From assembly GCF_006345805.1 (NCBI RefSeq), contig NC_043018.1, forward strand, positions 3,286,001 through 3,350,000: a DNA stretch of 64,000 nt, written 5' to 3'. The position numbers and the translations under genes are program-made. Shown one piece after another: positions 1 to 14,417 of the stretch. Within the stretch, counting starts at the first letter, position 1; every line of letters begins with the position of its first letter. This stretch comes from Octopus sinensis. Lineage: Eukaryota. The notes under the pieces were generated by a model, which was not told the origin of the DNA, searched no databases, and worked only from the letters and a program-made list of their open reading frames with translations.

Positions 1-149
1 ACCATTACACCAGAAGAACGCAAAACTACGCCATAATCCCAATAACAACACTAAAGTTAAAAAGTATGATTTATATTTCGTACCACTCGCTCTATGTTGT
101 CTACTCACGTACAAACATCGCTCATACTGCACTAAACAAGATATTGAGA

Positions 150-402
150 GTGAGAGATAGAGAGGGAGAGAGAGAGAGAGGGAGAGAGAGAGATAGAGAG
201 AGAAACAGACAGGGAGACAGACAGACAGATAGAGAAGGGGTGGAAAATAGATTTGGAGATTTTGAATTGCAAAGTGTGAGAAAAAATGAGCTCTGAACAT
301 ACGAATGATTATATACATACATACATATATATATATAATTATGTAATATATATAATATATATATGCATACATATATATATAATATATATATATATATGTG
401 TG

Positions 403-479
<77 letters not shown>

Positions 480-506
480 GCATATATATATGTGCATATA
501 TATATT

Positions 507-543
<37 letters not shown>

Positions 544-564
544 ATATATATATATATATATATA

Positions 565-647
<83 letters not shown>

Positions 648-806
648 CCTTTATAAATATATTTGTATGACATAGGGCGTGTGGGGTGTGCTGCGTTTAG
701 TAAGGATACAGCGAGATAGAATCAGAGAGAGATGCAGAAAGAGTGAGCAGTAGTGAAAGTTACAAAAACTAATGTGAAGAGAAAAGTAGGAAAACAAGGT
801 TAGAGA

Positions 807-855
<49 letters not shown>

Positions 856-900
856 CGGAGGGACCATCAGACAAACAGACAGACAGAGACAGGGATACAG
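150..900. repeat. Compound microsatellites (GA)n, (TA)n, (TG)n
   Basis: Dinucleotide runs read directly from the sequence. Confidence 0.95.
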
Positions 901-1159
901 AGAGAAGCAGTGGAAGACTGAACTAAATTTGAATGGCAAATGTCCAAAAATGCCAATGTATTTTCTTCAAAGTGAAAAAAACAATTCAAAAAATGAAATC
1001 AATCGAATTTACCGTTTGATGATGTTCTTTGAAATATTATTGTTATCATTGTTAGTAATATTATTTTTTATTGCCTTATTATTGTTATCATTATTCATAT
1101 TTTTTATATTCGTTCTCTTGTATTTATTGTTATTTTTCTACCGTTATTTGTTTTGTTAC

Positions 1160-2760
1160 ATATGAGAGATTTCTGTAGTCGTGTTATTATTGTTGTTGTC
1201 TTCGCTGTTGTTATTGTTGTTGTTGTTGTTGTTGTTGTTGTTTTTTCTTCTTCTTCTTCTTCTTCTTCTTCTTCTCCTTCTCCTTCTTCTTCTTTTTCTT
1301 CTCCTTCTTATTATTCTCCTCCTCCTTCTTCTTCTCCTCCTTCTCATTCTTCTCCTTATCCTACTCCTCCTCCGTCTTCTTCTTCTCCTTCTTCTCCTTC
1401 TTCTTCTTCTTCTCCTCCTCCTCTTCCTTCTTCTTCTTCTTCTCCTCCTCCTCTTCCTTCTTCTTCTCCTTCTTCTCCTCCTCTTCCTCTTCCTTCTTTT
1501 TTTTCTTCTTCTTCTTCTTCTCATTCTTCTCCTTATCCTCCTCCTCCCCCTTCTTCTTCTTCTTCTTCTCTTTCTCCTTCTCCTCTTCTTCTTCCTCCTC
1601 CTCCTTCTTCTTCCTGTGGTGCTGTTGGTGTTTTTTTGTTATTCAGCGTTTTTTTGTTGTTGTTGTTATTGTTAAAGTCCTTGTATTTGATATATTTGTA
1701 ACGATATTGTTGTTACTATTGTTGTTGTTTGCTCTTTTTTTTCTCGTCGGTTCTCTTCTTGCTGGCCTTGACTTCATTCTGGTCGCCCTTGTTATTGTTG
1801 TTCTTCTTATGGCTGCCGTCATTATTGTAAACTGCCGCTGCTGCTGTTTAATGTTTCATACATGCTTTCTACCGAGACAGTTTTTTGTCCCGACGATCCC
1901 AATTGTACGTATTAATACTCTTGTTGTTCTTATTATTGTTGCCCATTCCATCAGTGTTGTTACTGTTGTTTGGCTTCCATATTTGTCATGAGACCTTGCT
2001 TCATATTCCTTCTGTTGTTATTCTCATTGTTGTTATCGTTGCTATTGTCATCCAGTTTTTTCATGGCCGCTATTTGCCGTCATCTGCCATTGTTGTTGTG
2101 GCCACTTCCGTTGCAATCGTTGTTAGAGTATTTGCTGTTGTTATTGTTTTGTTATTGCTTTGTTATCGTAGTTTTTGTTATCGTAGTTTTTGTTATTGTA
2201 TTTTCAATGTTTTTTAATAATATTGTTGTCGTTGTGAACGCTTTTGCAAATGCTTTTGTTGATTTCTTTGCAGTTGTAGTTCTTGTTGTTGTTGTTGTTG
2301 TTGTTCTTGTTGTTGCTGTTGTTTATTGATTTATATTCTACTGTTGTTTTTGTTAAATTCGCTGTTTTTATTTATTGATTTTTTTCTGCTCTTGTTCTTG
2401 TTATTGATGTTGTTTTACTACCACCACCACCACCACCACTACTACTACTGCGACTACTACAACTATTTTTTTATCATCGTCTTCTTTTCAGCTTTTCTTG
2501 CTTTTGTTGCTGCTTTTGTTGCTCTTCTTCTTCTTCTTTTTCTTCTTCTTCTTCTCCTTCTTCTTCCTCATTTTCTTCTTCTTCTTCTTCTCCTCCTCCT
2601 CCTTCTTCTTCTTCTTCTTCTTCTTTTTCTTCTTCTTCTTCTTCTTCTTCTTCTCCCCGATCTTCTTCTTCTTCTTCTTCTTTTCTTCTTCTTCTTCTTC
2701 TTCTCCACCTCCTCCTCCTCCTCCTTCTTCTTCATGCACTCCTTTTGATTTGATTTTGTA
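1160..2760. repeat. Long degenerate trinucleotide tract (GTT/CTT/CCT)n
   Basis: Near-continuous GTT, CTT and CCT units; source of the poly-L/S/R/V pseudo-ORFs. Confidence 0.95.
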
Positions 2761-3475
2761 GTTTTTTTTCCCTTTAATTACGTCCCCAGACACCGTCACG
2801 ACCTTTTTTTTTTCTTTTCTTACCCTTCCTCTGCTTCTTCATACTTTCGCTCGTTCTTACCGTCTTCACCATAGCTATTTATGTCATCGTCATTCTCTTA
2901 TTAATTTTGTTATCCTTCTTATTGTTCTCGATTTCAATTTGCTTATGGTTATTGTTGGTGTTGTATGTACAATTTTTGCTGTGCTTCACATCATTGTTGT
3001 TGTTCCATTTCATCTTTTTTTCTTATAAATTAATTTCCTAGTCACAGTTAATGTTATTGCTATTCCTATATTTTAAGTTTACGTTTTTGTCTTTGTTTTT
3101 CTTATTCCTTTTTTTTTTCTCAGGGAGGTTCTTATTGTTTGTGGTTTTTTTAATATCAATTTCGTCTTACTCCCCATTAGTGTTGCTCTTCATCTTGTTT
3201 TAATATTGCTCTGCGAGTATTTGTTTTTTTTTATTTGTCCTAAATATTTTTTTTACTAATTTCATTCTAGTCATGGTTTTTGCTTGTTTTTGTTTGTTAT
3301 TATTATTATGATGATCATTATTATTTTTTAAGAGTTTCTCTTTTTTGTAGGGGTGAGTTATTTCCTTAATCTTAAATCTGTTATTTCTGGTCTACTTTAT
3401 TTATTTCTTTTTTAAATTTAATTTCGTCGCAGTTGGAAATATTGAAGTTTTTGTTGTATTTTATGTCGATATATA

Positions 3476-3742
3476 TATATACATACATACATACATACAT
3501 ACATACATACTTACACGCATACATACATACATACATAATACATACATACATTACTTACACGCATATACATACATACATAGCATACATACATACATACATA
3601 CAGACATGCAAGATACATACATACATACATACATACTTACACGCTATACATCATACATCATACTACATACATACATACATACATACATACATGCATAGAT
3701 ACATACATACATACTTACACGCATAATACATACATACATAAT

Positions 3743-3773
<31 letters not shown>

Positions 3774-4499
3774 TCATACATACATACATACATACATACA
3801 TACATACAGACATACATACATACATACATACATGCATGCATGCATGCATGCATGCATGCATGCATGCATACATACATAAATACATACATACATACATACA
3901 TACATACTTACACGCATACATACATACATAATACATACATACATACATACATACTTACACGCATACATACATACATACATACATACATACATACATACAT
4001 ACATACATGCATAGATACATACATACATACATACATACTTACACACGCATACTACATACATACATACATACATACATACATACATGCATAATACATACAT
4101 ACATACTTACACGCATACATACATACATACATACATTACATACACACACACATACATACTACATACATACATACATACATACATACATACATACATCATA
4201 CATACCTACATACAGCATGCATGCATGCATGCATACATACATACATAAATACATACATACATACATACATACATGCAAGATACGTACATACATACTTACA
4301 CGCATACATACATACATACACATACATACATACATACATACATACATGCATGAGATACATCCATACATACATACATACATCCATACATACATACATACAT
4401 ACACATACATACTTACACGCATACATACATACATACATACATACATACATACATACATACATACATACATGCATAGATACATACATACATACTTACACG

Positions 4500-4531
<32 letters not shown>

Positions 4532-4745
4532 CATATATACATACAATACATACATACATACATACATACATACATACATACATACATACATACGTACATA
4601 CGTACATACATACATACATACATGCATACATACATACATACTTACACGCATACATACATACATACATACATACATGCATGCATGCATACATACATACATA
4701 CATACATACATACATACATACATACATACATACATACATACATAC
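3476..4745. repeat. (TACA)n array with recurrent variant units
   Basis: About 1.27 kb of TACA with repeated interruptions TACTTACACGCA, TGCATAGA and (TGCA)n. Confidence 0.95.
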
Positions 4746-5019
4746 ATGTATATGTGCGTGTATATCTATGTGTTTTGCGTGTGTGTATCTGCTCGTTGAC
4801 TTTCTTCTTGTTATTCCTCATTTGCAAAGATGTATTCTTGGCATCGCGATATGCTTCCATTGTTTCTATACTCTTAGAAAGAAAACAAAAGAAACATGTC
4901 TACTGCGGAAAGATCTATCGTGAATACACATACATACATATATACATACATTTGTGCATTCATGCATACATACTAACATACCTACGTACGTATGTACATA
5001 CACACATACACACATGGAC

Positions 5020-5054
<35 letters not shown>

Positions 5055-5295
5055 TGTATGTATGTATGTATGTACGTATGTATGTATAGGTCTGTCTGTC
5101 TGTATGTATGTAATATACATATGTATATATCTACGTATATATGTATGTACGAAACGTATGTGTTATGCATGCATATATGTAATTTATTTACGTATGTATA
5201 TATATCAAACTCCATAATAAAAACACCCATAAAGCGTTTGCAGAAACAATACAAAAACGTATAGGGTGAGGAGCGGAGGACATGGCGCACGTAAA

Positions 5296-5349
<54 letters not shown>

Positions 5350-5583
5350 TTGAGAGGTCTGAGATATTTATAAGTATAACGTTAAAAATATATTCTTTTA
5401 CTACATGTATCATATGTATATGTATACACAATATACATTCGCAAAAGCGCGCACACACACATATTTGCGTGTATATATACATATTTATAGATATCGTAGT
5501 CTTCATCGACACCCGTGGGACAGCCAAGCATAAGAAATAAATTCAAATATAATCACTTTTTCCAAGTTTCATAGCTTTAGTAA

Positions 5584-5617
<34 letters not shown>

Positions 5618-5868
5618 GCTTTTCTTTCTGTGTCTCTCATTCTCTCTCTTGCTATGGTTACTTAATATTTCATTAATCACTCTCTTCTGCTTCTTCCTCT
5701 CCATGTTCTTTTAAGATTTCTCTTCTTTTAACGTATTTCTCGCTTTATTCCGTTTATGCTCTTTCTTTCCACCTCTCTAATACATAATACATACATATAT
5801 ATGTATATATACATACAGCATATATATACATACATATATATGTATATATAAATACAGCATCTACATAC

Positions 5869-5918
<50 letters not shown>

Positions 5919-6335
5919 CATACATACATACATACATGCATACATACATACACACATACACACATACATACATATATACAGACATACATACATGCATGCA
6001 TACATACATACATACATACATACATACATACATACATACATACACACATACACATATACATACATATATACATACATACATATATACATACATACGTACG
6101 TACATACATACATACATTCATTCATTCATACATATATACATATATACATATATACGTATATATATGCCAACACATGCAATTATATATGCGTGCGAATGCG
6201 CGTGTGTATGTTTTCTTTTCTCTTCATATTTTTCTGTTCTTTTTCGTGGCATACGCATATCCAAGTCCTTCAATCACACAAACATGTAAACCTACACGCA
6301 CAGACATTTCTATACGCAAAATTCTCACTCCTCTG

Positions 6336-6381
<46 letters not shown>

Positions 6382-7076
6382 CTCTCTTTCTTTCTTTCTC
6401 TCTTTCTATCACACACACTCGCACGCATGCCCCCCACACATATAAAATACGCACAGTGATAACGGAAGCTCTGAATTCAGATATAGACGTCTCCATCTAT
6501 TTTAAATGGAAATAGAATATTGACGCGACTCAAGAAACTAAATACAAAACCAAAATAAATAATATATAAATATACAAAATACTACAAACCGCAACATGAA
6601 GAAGCAAAAAGTTATGCAAGCTGCGATAGTCACATTTTGAGAATATTTGAAAATTTAATTTGAAGGAACGCAACAATTTGTATATCATTAGATCGTTCTC
6701 CTTGCAGCAAGATTTAAAATATTCTCGCTGCTGAGAATGAAGGAGGAGCTTCTATATTGAAGTCAAACATGTTAGAAATAGCAGTCGAATCTCATTCGAG
6801 TAACACTTAACTGTTTTTAGGAAGCTAAGATTTATTTGCTAATGTTATTCTAGGCTAAGATACATAGCCTACAAAACCATTTCAAATGATGAGACGATCA
6901 CGGAGAACCCCTTCATCCGACGAAAACTCGCTCTTGGAGAGCTACAATTTTACTTTTAATCTCTCCGTATATTGCCCTGTCTGCCCGCCTGACTCCCTGT
7001 ATCGTTTGACGGCTGGCTACGTGCTATTAATGCTTCTCCCTCCATCTCTCTCTCTCTCTCTTACTCTCTCTCTCTT

Positions 7077-7107
<31 letters not shown>

Positions 7108-7561
7108 TGATCTTCCCTCTCTTTCGCTCTCACTTTGTCAATTTCACATTTATCGAATTATCTAATTTATAATTTCCTGTCTTCTACATTTCTCAGTACA
7201 GCGAACACTACCCAGAGATAATAAGGAAGTGTAAAACGATCCATCATGGGAATCTCTAATATGCCTGTCCCCTCGCATGAAATGACAGCCAAACTCTCCC
7301 TTGCATAACATCCAAAGGTTTTTTATGAAATCAGGAAGAGCACATTACATATTGTAGTGCGGGATTAGCTACACATAAGAAAAGGTTTGAAGAACAATTG
7401 GTTACTGCGGGAATGTTTTTGATGGATAAAACTTATTTGTCTATCTTCTCTACAAGACCCCAAGATCCGGAAACTGACAATATTCTTTTGTCACTAAGAA
7501 TAAATCTAACATAGCGGTACTGATGTTGATTTCTGAGCTTAACATAATCATAATTGATCTT

Positions 7562-7625
<64 letters not shown>

Positions 7626-7627
<2 letters not shown>

Positions 7628-7752
7628 GAGGTGGACTTTACCGTTAATCCTTTCGGAGTCGATAAATTAAGTACAAGTTGAACACTGGGTCGATTAAAAT
7701 TGACTCATTCTCCTCCCTCAAAATTGCTGCCCTTGTGGCGAAATTTGAAATC

Positions 7753-7755
<3 letters not shown>
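7626..7755 (+). mobile_element. SINE family B, 3' portion
   Basis: gactttaccgttaatcctttcggagtcgataaattaagtac matches the body of the full copy at 51364-51590. Confidence 0.7.
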
Positions 7756-7804
<49 letters not shown>

Positions 7805-7975
7805 CATTACTTTTTTTTACTTCTTTCAAATTTGCTTCCATTTCTTGCCGAGTGTCTTCCCGACTCCTAGGGCAAAGAAACTCATAGTATACATTGGTAG
7901 GCCATTAAACCAAACTCAATAGTTCGTTCATTTTTTTTTTTTTTAAGTTAAATTAAAATACATGAGCAGCAACAG

Positions 7976-8009
<34 letters not shown>

Positions 8010-8118
8010 CTGTCATTATTATAAGGTATGTTATAATATTATTATAAGGTATTATATGTATGGGTATGTGTGCCAATCTGTAGGGATAGATACACAGATA
8101 TATAAATAAATAAATACG

Positions 8119-8167
<49 letters not shown>

Positions 8168-8818
8168 CCATACACACACATATATATATATATATATGTG
8201 TGTGTGTGTATGTGTGTGTGTGTGATGCAAATAACATTTCCTACTAGTAATTGTTAAAGTAGAATACAAGTAAATGAGATAATGATCGGTTAAAACAGTT
8301 GGGTTACGTATTTTTATTTCCGTATTTTCCTAAGTATACATGTATAGGTAAGTTCGCATACGTAAGTATCCAGGTGTAATGCCGTATGCAATTGTAGATA
8401 CTAAAAGAGGAGGCAATTAAAAATTCATTAATTCTATTCAGCTACAAAGTCGCTGCCACTGAGTTTGGTGTTCTTTTTATGTTTACTGAAAATAAATGGC
8501 TACTACCAATAAAAAACAGGATTTTATTTTAAATGTACGAAATACGTTGGAAATATCGTTAATCAAATATAATTCGGATTACATATATTGTAATTGAAAA
8601 AAAAAATGTTATACTTTTGCAAAGAAACCTCTTCAGGGAAAACTTAATGTTTCAGGTCAGCAGACGGAAAAACATAGCAAATAAATTACAAAACATGAAA
8701 CAGATACAAGGGGACAAACAAGAAGAAAGTATACACCAACTTTTATAAGTGTGTATACACAAATACACAGACACATACATATATAAACACACACACACAC
8801 ACCATATATACATATATA

Positions 8819-8889
<71 letters not shown>

Positions 8890-8949
8890 TAAATATATAT
8901 ATATATATATATGTAAGTATATATATATATGTATATATATATGTATATA

Positions 8950-9349
8950 GGCGTAGGAGTGGCTGTGTGGTAAGTAGCTTGCTAACCAACCACATGGTTC
9001 CGGGTTCAGTCCCACTGCGTGGCATCTTGGGCAAGTGTCTTCTGCTATAGCCCCGGGCAGACCAATGCCTTGTAGTGGATTTGGTAGACGGAAACTGAAA
9101 GAAGCCTGTCGTATATATGTATATATATATATATGTGTGTGTGTATGTGTTTGTCCCCCTAGCATGACAACCGATGCTGGTGTGTTTACGTCCCCGTCAC
9201 TTAGCGGTTCGGCAAAGGAGACCGATAGAATAAGTACTGGGCTTACAAAGAATAAGTCCCGGGGTCGATTTGCTCGACTAAAGGAGGTGCTCCAGCATGG
9301 CCGCAGTCAAATGACTGAAACAAGTAAAAGACTAAAAGAGTAAAGAGTA
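8950..9349 (+). mobile_element. Full-length tRNA-derived SINE, family A (CORE-like; resembles octopus OR-type SINEs)
   Basis: tRNA-like head (ggcgtaggagtggctgtgtggtaag...ggttcagtccc), CORE-like tcttgggcaagtgtcttc, internal TA/TG tract, tail (aaagagt)n; several other copies in window. Confidence 0.88.
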
Positions 9350-9387
9350 TATTTAAATATATATATATATATACATAGGTATATATG

Positions 9388-9418
<31 letters not shown>

Positions 9419-9447
9419 AGTATATATTATATACATACACACGTACA

Positions 9448-9484
<37 letters not shown>

Positions 9485-9529
9485 CCCTCAGTCTCTCTCT
9501 CTCAGTATATGTATATAATTATATATGTA

Positions 9530-9912
9530 CTAGCAGTATCGCCCGGCGTTGCTCGGGTTTGTAAGGGAAATAACTATAAAGCATTTTTAGAGAGTTATAG
9601 CTAAAAAATAGCAAAAAAATGGGGAAAAAAATTATGGTAAATTTTTTTTGATAGTTAAAAAGGTCGAGTTGCGTCCCCTAGACCATCTGTGGTTTGTTTC
9701 TGATTGTCGACCCCATGTCGAATTTATCGATCTTTTTCAGAACTGGGGGAACTTTTCAAAATTTTCGCTGCGTTAGTTTTGAATTATGACATTGGGCTAT
9801 GTGTGTGTCAAGTTTCATCAGAATCGGTTGAAAGCCGTGGTCAGGGTGAGGGTACAACCTGACAGACACACAGAAACACAGACAGACAAACTGCCGTTTA
9901 TATAGAGAGAGA
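9530..9912 (-). mobile_element. Non-autonomous Helitron (383 bp)
   Basis: Minus strand: 5' TC, 3' hairpin cccgagcaacgccggg then CTAG, inserted between A and T; same 3' end as 45674-46028 and 54177-54572. Confidence 0.85.
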
Positions 9913-10620
9913 TGTATTGTGTATAACTATGTCTGTGTGTGTATGTATAATTACATATGTACGAAAGGGCATGTACTATGTGTTTTTTTATATATATTTA
10001 ATTGTGATTTGTTGTAAACGCTCTGTTTAATTAATTAGTATATTGCAGTACGCCACATAATAAATGAGATAATTATTTATCTAAATATAAAGAAAATCTG
10101 TACGTGTTTTTATGCACATGTTTTACAGCGTGTGTGTGTGTGTGTGTGTGTGCACATGCGCGCATGTGTATGGCTGAATGTGGGCGTTTGCATTCATCAG
10201 TTCTACATAGACGTACATAAAATAAAGTACTGAATTATACAATCGTTATTATATTATAATATGTGAAGAGATTCGGTTCCAATTTCGCTATTTTACAATT
10301 GCTCATATCAATAAGGCTGAAGCTAAAAGTTTATCATTTATCAAAATCAATTTTTAAAGGAACGCACGGTGTCAGAATCTCGAATGGACGAATCATAGTT
10401 TGATCTGATAATAAAAGAAAGTTATCGTGAAAAGCATTCAGTGTAAGGTTAGTGTGTTAGTTCAGCAAATGCGAAAGTACATTTATTAAATTATAAACAT
10501 GAATCAAATCTTTATAAGTAGGGCAAATAATGAAAATAAACGTCAAATTATATACATATGTGCCCTAGTGTGTCTGTGTATAGATATGCATATATGTGTA
10601 AATGTATACATCTCATTATT

Positions 10621-10865
10621 TATGTATGCATATATACAAACATACTAACATACATACATACATATATACATACATACATACATACATACATACATACATA
10701 CATACATACATACGTACATACTAACATACATTCACACATACATACATACGATGTTCCATCATAGAGGTCAACTGTTCTCCATATATAAATATATGTATGC
10801 ATATATACAAACATACTAACATACATACATACATACATACATACATACATACACACACACATACA

Positions 10866-10899
<34 letters not shown>

Positions 10900-11012
10900 C
10901 ATACATACATACATACATACATACATACGTACGTACATACTAACGTACATTCACACATACATACATACGATGTTCCATCATAGAGGTCAACTGTTCTCCA
11001 TATATAAATATA
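10621..11012. repeat. Local tandem duplication (~219 bp period)
   Basis: gatgttccatcatagaggtcaactgttctccatatataaatat at 10750 and 10969, each after the same (TACA)n variant block. Confidence 0.85.
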
Positions 11013-11264
11013 TCTTTGAAAATCAAAGAAAAAGAGGACATCTATGGACAGCTGCTTCGAAACCTCCAGCTCCTATATCCGAGCTATGAATTCATATTCA
11101 TGCAAACAATAATTGGAGCACAAGCGTTTGTTAGAAAATGCTTAAATGAGATTCTGGATAAACTGGGATTTTCAGAAAGAGAAATCGACCGGCTAATTTG
11201 TACATTACAAGTGCAATCTGTTAGTGGAACAGTAAAAATATGCAAGAATTTTCTCAAGTTCTAA
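10968..11264 (+). pseudogene. C-terminus of a restriction-like endonuclease (RLE) non-LTR retrotransposon ORF (R2/R4/NeSL-type), 5'-truncated
   Basis: Frame reads CSIIEVNCSPYINISLKIKEKEDIYGQLLRNL...IIGAQAFV...LGF...LQVQSVSGTVKICKNFLKF*, matching the IIE.xCP.D.N...K..EK..Y..L / IIGALG pattern at RLE ORF ends. Confidence 0.7.
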
Positions 11265-11732
11265 ATGTGAATTTGTCTATGTTAACTACATCCCAAAGAT
11301 GGAGCCTTGAATCTTTGTTGGAAACTAGCTCCCTCCTGAATGGAAGATTTAGTATTATTAAAAACTAGAAGCGACAGAATTCAGACACCCATGCATTTGT
11401 GAGGAAATAACGATTTTTCGTAGCACTTTTCTGGCCGCTTAGCTTAAGGTTAGCAGTTCAAAGTTCATTCACAAGGTATCCTGTTGATGAAGAACGCAAG
11501 TAGCCTGCAGATATGGCAATTACAAACTACTTTTGGACAAGGAAGGACCATATCTGAACATATTTAACTGTATTTTCGTCCCATTCCACCATTGTTCATA
11601 AAATGAATTTGCGTCCCAACATATTTCCTAACAAGTTTTTTTTTATTGTATGTATGATTTCTTGCCTCCAGTGAAAAGACAACCATTTTCATCATCATCG
11701 TCAACAACAGCAGCAGCGTTATTATTATTATT

Positions 11733-11908
11733 AGGCAGAGAGCTGGCAGAATCATTAGTGGACGAAATGCTTAGCGGTATTTTGCCGGGGTCGCTACGTT
11801 CTGAGTTCAAATTCCGCCCAGCTCGACTTTGTCTTTCTTCCTTTCGGGGTCGATAAATTAAATACCAGTGAAACACTGGAGCCCTTGCCTTTGTGGCAAA
11901 AATCTAAA

Positions 11909-11910
<2 letters not shown>
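11733..11910 (+). mobile_element. SINE family B, degenerate
   Basis: gagctggcagaatc...gagttcaaattccgc...gtcgataaattaaatacc followed by a (TTA)n tail. Confidence 0.75.
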
Positions 11911-11961
<51 letters not shown>

Positions 11962-13083
11962 CATTATTATCATTATTATTATTATCGTCATCATCATCAT
12001 CATCATTGTTATTACGTCTGATCACCGAAGTTAAGCAACGTCAATCCAAGATGTGTGAGCGCTTGGGAATCACTTTAAGTAAGACAGCGAGCTGGCAGAA
12101 TCGTTAGCACCCCTGGGTAATTGACTGGCCCCCTCCTACCAAAAATACTTTTAGTTCTTGAGCTTGTAATATTATTATTGTTGTTTTGTTGATAAATATT
12201 ATTTAAGTGTTTGTTTTTCAGCGGTTATTCATATTCGCTACACCTACCGTGGCGATAATATTGTTACTATCCCAATTATTGCTATCGACGTCGTTGCTAA
12301 ACCTACAATTACTACCGCCAGAGTTGTTACTGTTTATTTAATCTTATTTTTAAAAAAAATTTGTTTGTTTTAGAGGTGGTGTTGGGGCTGATGGTATTGT
12401 AGTTGTGATTCGTATTCATGAAAGGGAGAGACATTTTAAAACCAAGTGTTGAATGAACTCTACATTCAATCACCTTTCTTCGTTTAACTTTTGATTTGTC
12501 TTTTATTTTCATTTCACATTCCTTACAAGAAACAAAACTAGTTCCAAGAAACAAAAATAGTTCCAATAACAAGAAAAGTTAAAAAAAAAAAAAAACTTCA
12601 TCAAAGAGGAATATTTACTTTTCTTTGATTCCATTGGATTTCTTTTATCTTCAAGGAAATATTGGTGAGGTTTTTTTTCTTGTTTTTTTTTTATAATTTT
12701 CTTAAATGTTTGCTTTAAGGTACCTCTCTGAGTAGCAGAAAAATGCTATTAGATATATACATACACGTGTGTGTATATATGTGTGTGTATTTATTTATTT
12801 ATTTATGTATATATTGATAAACATACATATACATGCATATAGGCATATATATGTATATATATATAATATATATATATATATATGTGTGTGTGGTGTGTGT
12901 GTGTATATATATATATAATATATATATATATATGTAAAAATGTATATATAAACAAATATATACAGATATGTGTTCATATATATGATATATAAGATACATA
13001 AGCATATATGAATATATATATACATATATGTACGTGTGTGTGTGTACGTGTGTGTGTATATAGACGTACATAAGCATGCATGA

Positions 13084-13128
<45 letters not shown>

Positions 13129-13636
13129 GTATATACATAAATATATGTAAAAACACATATATACACTCACACACGCAAATTCACGCACACACACATGCAC
13201 ACACTCATATTTACGTATGTCTTATTCCAATACTCTCGAAGAAAGGAAGAACGAAATAGAAGCTAAGGAAGAGAACAGAAAAATAGAAAAAAAATCTTCA
13301 GAACATGAATAAAAAATTAAAATAATACACCATCTAATACATAAAAGTAAAAAAAGAAGAAGAAGCTGTGACGCATGCGTATATGATGGGAGACAATTTT
13401 CTGTGTTGACATGACTTGCAGGTAAAAACTTTGGTGGAATGGTATTGAAGGTAGAGAATGACTTTCTGCTTCTATTGGGAGATGTCTTCTCCCTAATCTC
13501 TGTACTCATCCGTTTTTGACTTTGGTATTCCATTCGTCTTCAATTGTAATTTGCTGCAAAACTTGATTTCTTTTCTGCTGAATTTTAAAAAATTTTATTT
13601 TATTTTACCATTCAGTTGTGTCGTATTCGTGTATGG

Positions 13637-13685
<49 letters not shown>

Positions 13686-14152
13686 TCTGACTTTCTGTGT
13701 CTGTGTACATACACACATGTACATACAAAAAAAATGTATACACATTATCTGTCTGCCAAGAAAATCTGCATCTAAATGCGAACAGAAGCAAATGTATGTG
13801 GTGTGTATATATATATGTACGTAATATAATATATATATATTATATATAATTATATATATATATCTATATATTACATACATGTATATATATATACATATTA
13901 TAGGTATGTATGTATGTGTTTACGTAGTATGTATGTTTGTATATATGTACATATATATATATATTTGTATGTATGTATGTATTTATGTATGTACGTATAT
14001 ATATATATTTAAAGAGAGAGAGAGGGAAGAGTGAGAAGGAAGAAGGAGAGAAATACATACATACATGCATACATGCATACATATACATACACCTACATGT
14101 GTGTGTATGTCTATCCGTATGAGTATGTTTAAGGAAAGGTAAAATAATTGCT

Positions 14153-14290
14153 GGCTTTCTTCTTCTTCTTCTTCTTCTTCTTCTTCTTCTTCTTCTTCTT
14201 CTTCTTCTTCTTCTTCTTCTTCTTCTTCTTCTTCTTCTTCTTCTTCTTCTTCTTCTTCTTCTCCTACTACTTCTTCTTCTTCTTCTTGCT
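14153..14290. repeat. (CTT)n trinucleotide repeat
   Basis: Near-pure TTC run. Confidence 0.95.
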
Positions 14291-14384
14291 GCTCCTCCTT
14301 CTCATTCTCCTCTTCATTCCCTCCCCTCTTCCTTATTTTCCTCCTTGATATAGATCTAATGTTTAATGGTTATAAACGTGTGGT

Positions 14385-14417
<33 letters not shown>

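Noticed and set aside
66-6500. Long ORFs (up to 360 aa) rich in YI/HT/MYVC or poly-L/R/S
   Set aside because: Translations of (TA)n, (TACA)n and trinucleotide repeats, which lack stops in some frames
7329-7515. Open frame NQEEHITYCSAGLATHKKRFEEQ..., faintly GIY-YIG-like
   Set aside because: No YIG/YVG motif or flanking Penelope features; similarity too weak
11483-11515. gttgatgaagaacgcaagtagc resembles a 5.8S rRNA motif
   Set aside because: Only about 20 nt match and no surrounding rRNA similarity
12221-12375. Acceptor-like site followed by an open V/I/T-rich frame
   Set aside because: Composition fits a decayed (ATT/GTT)n repeat
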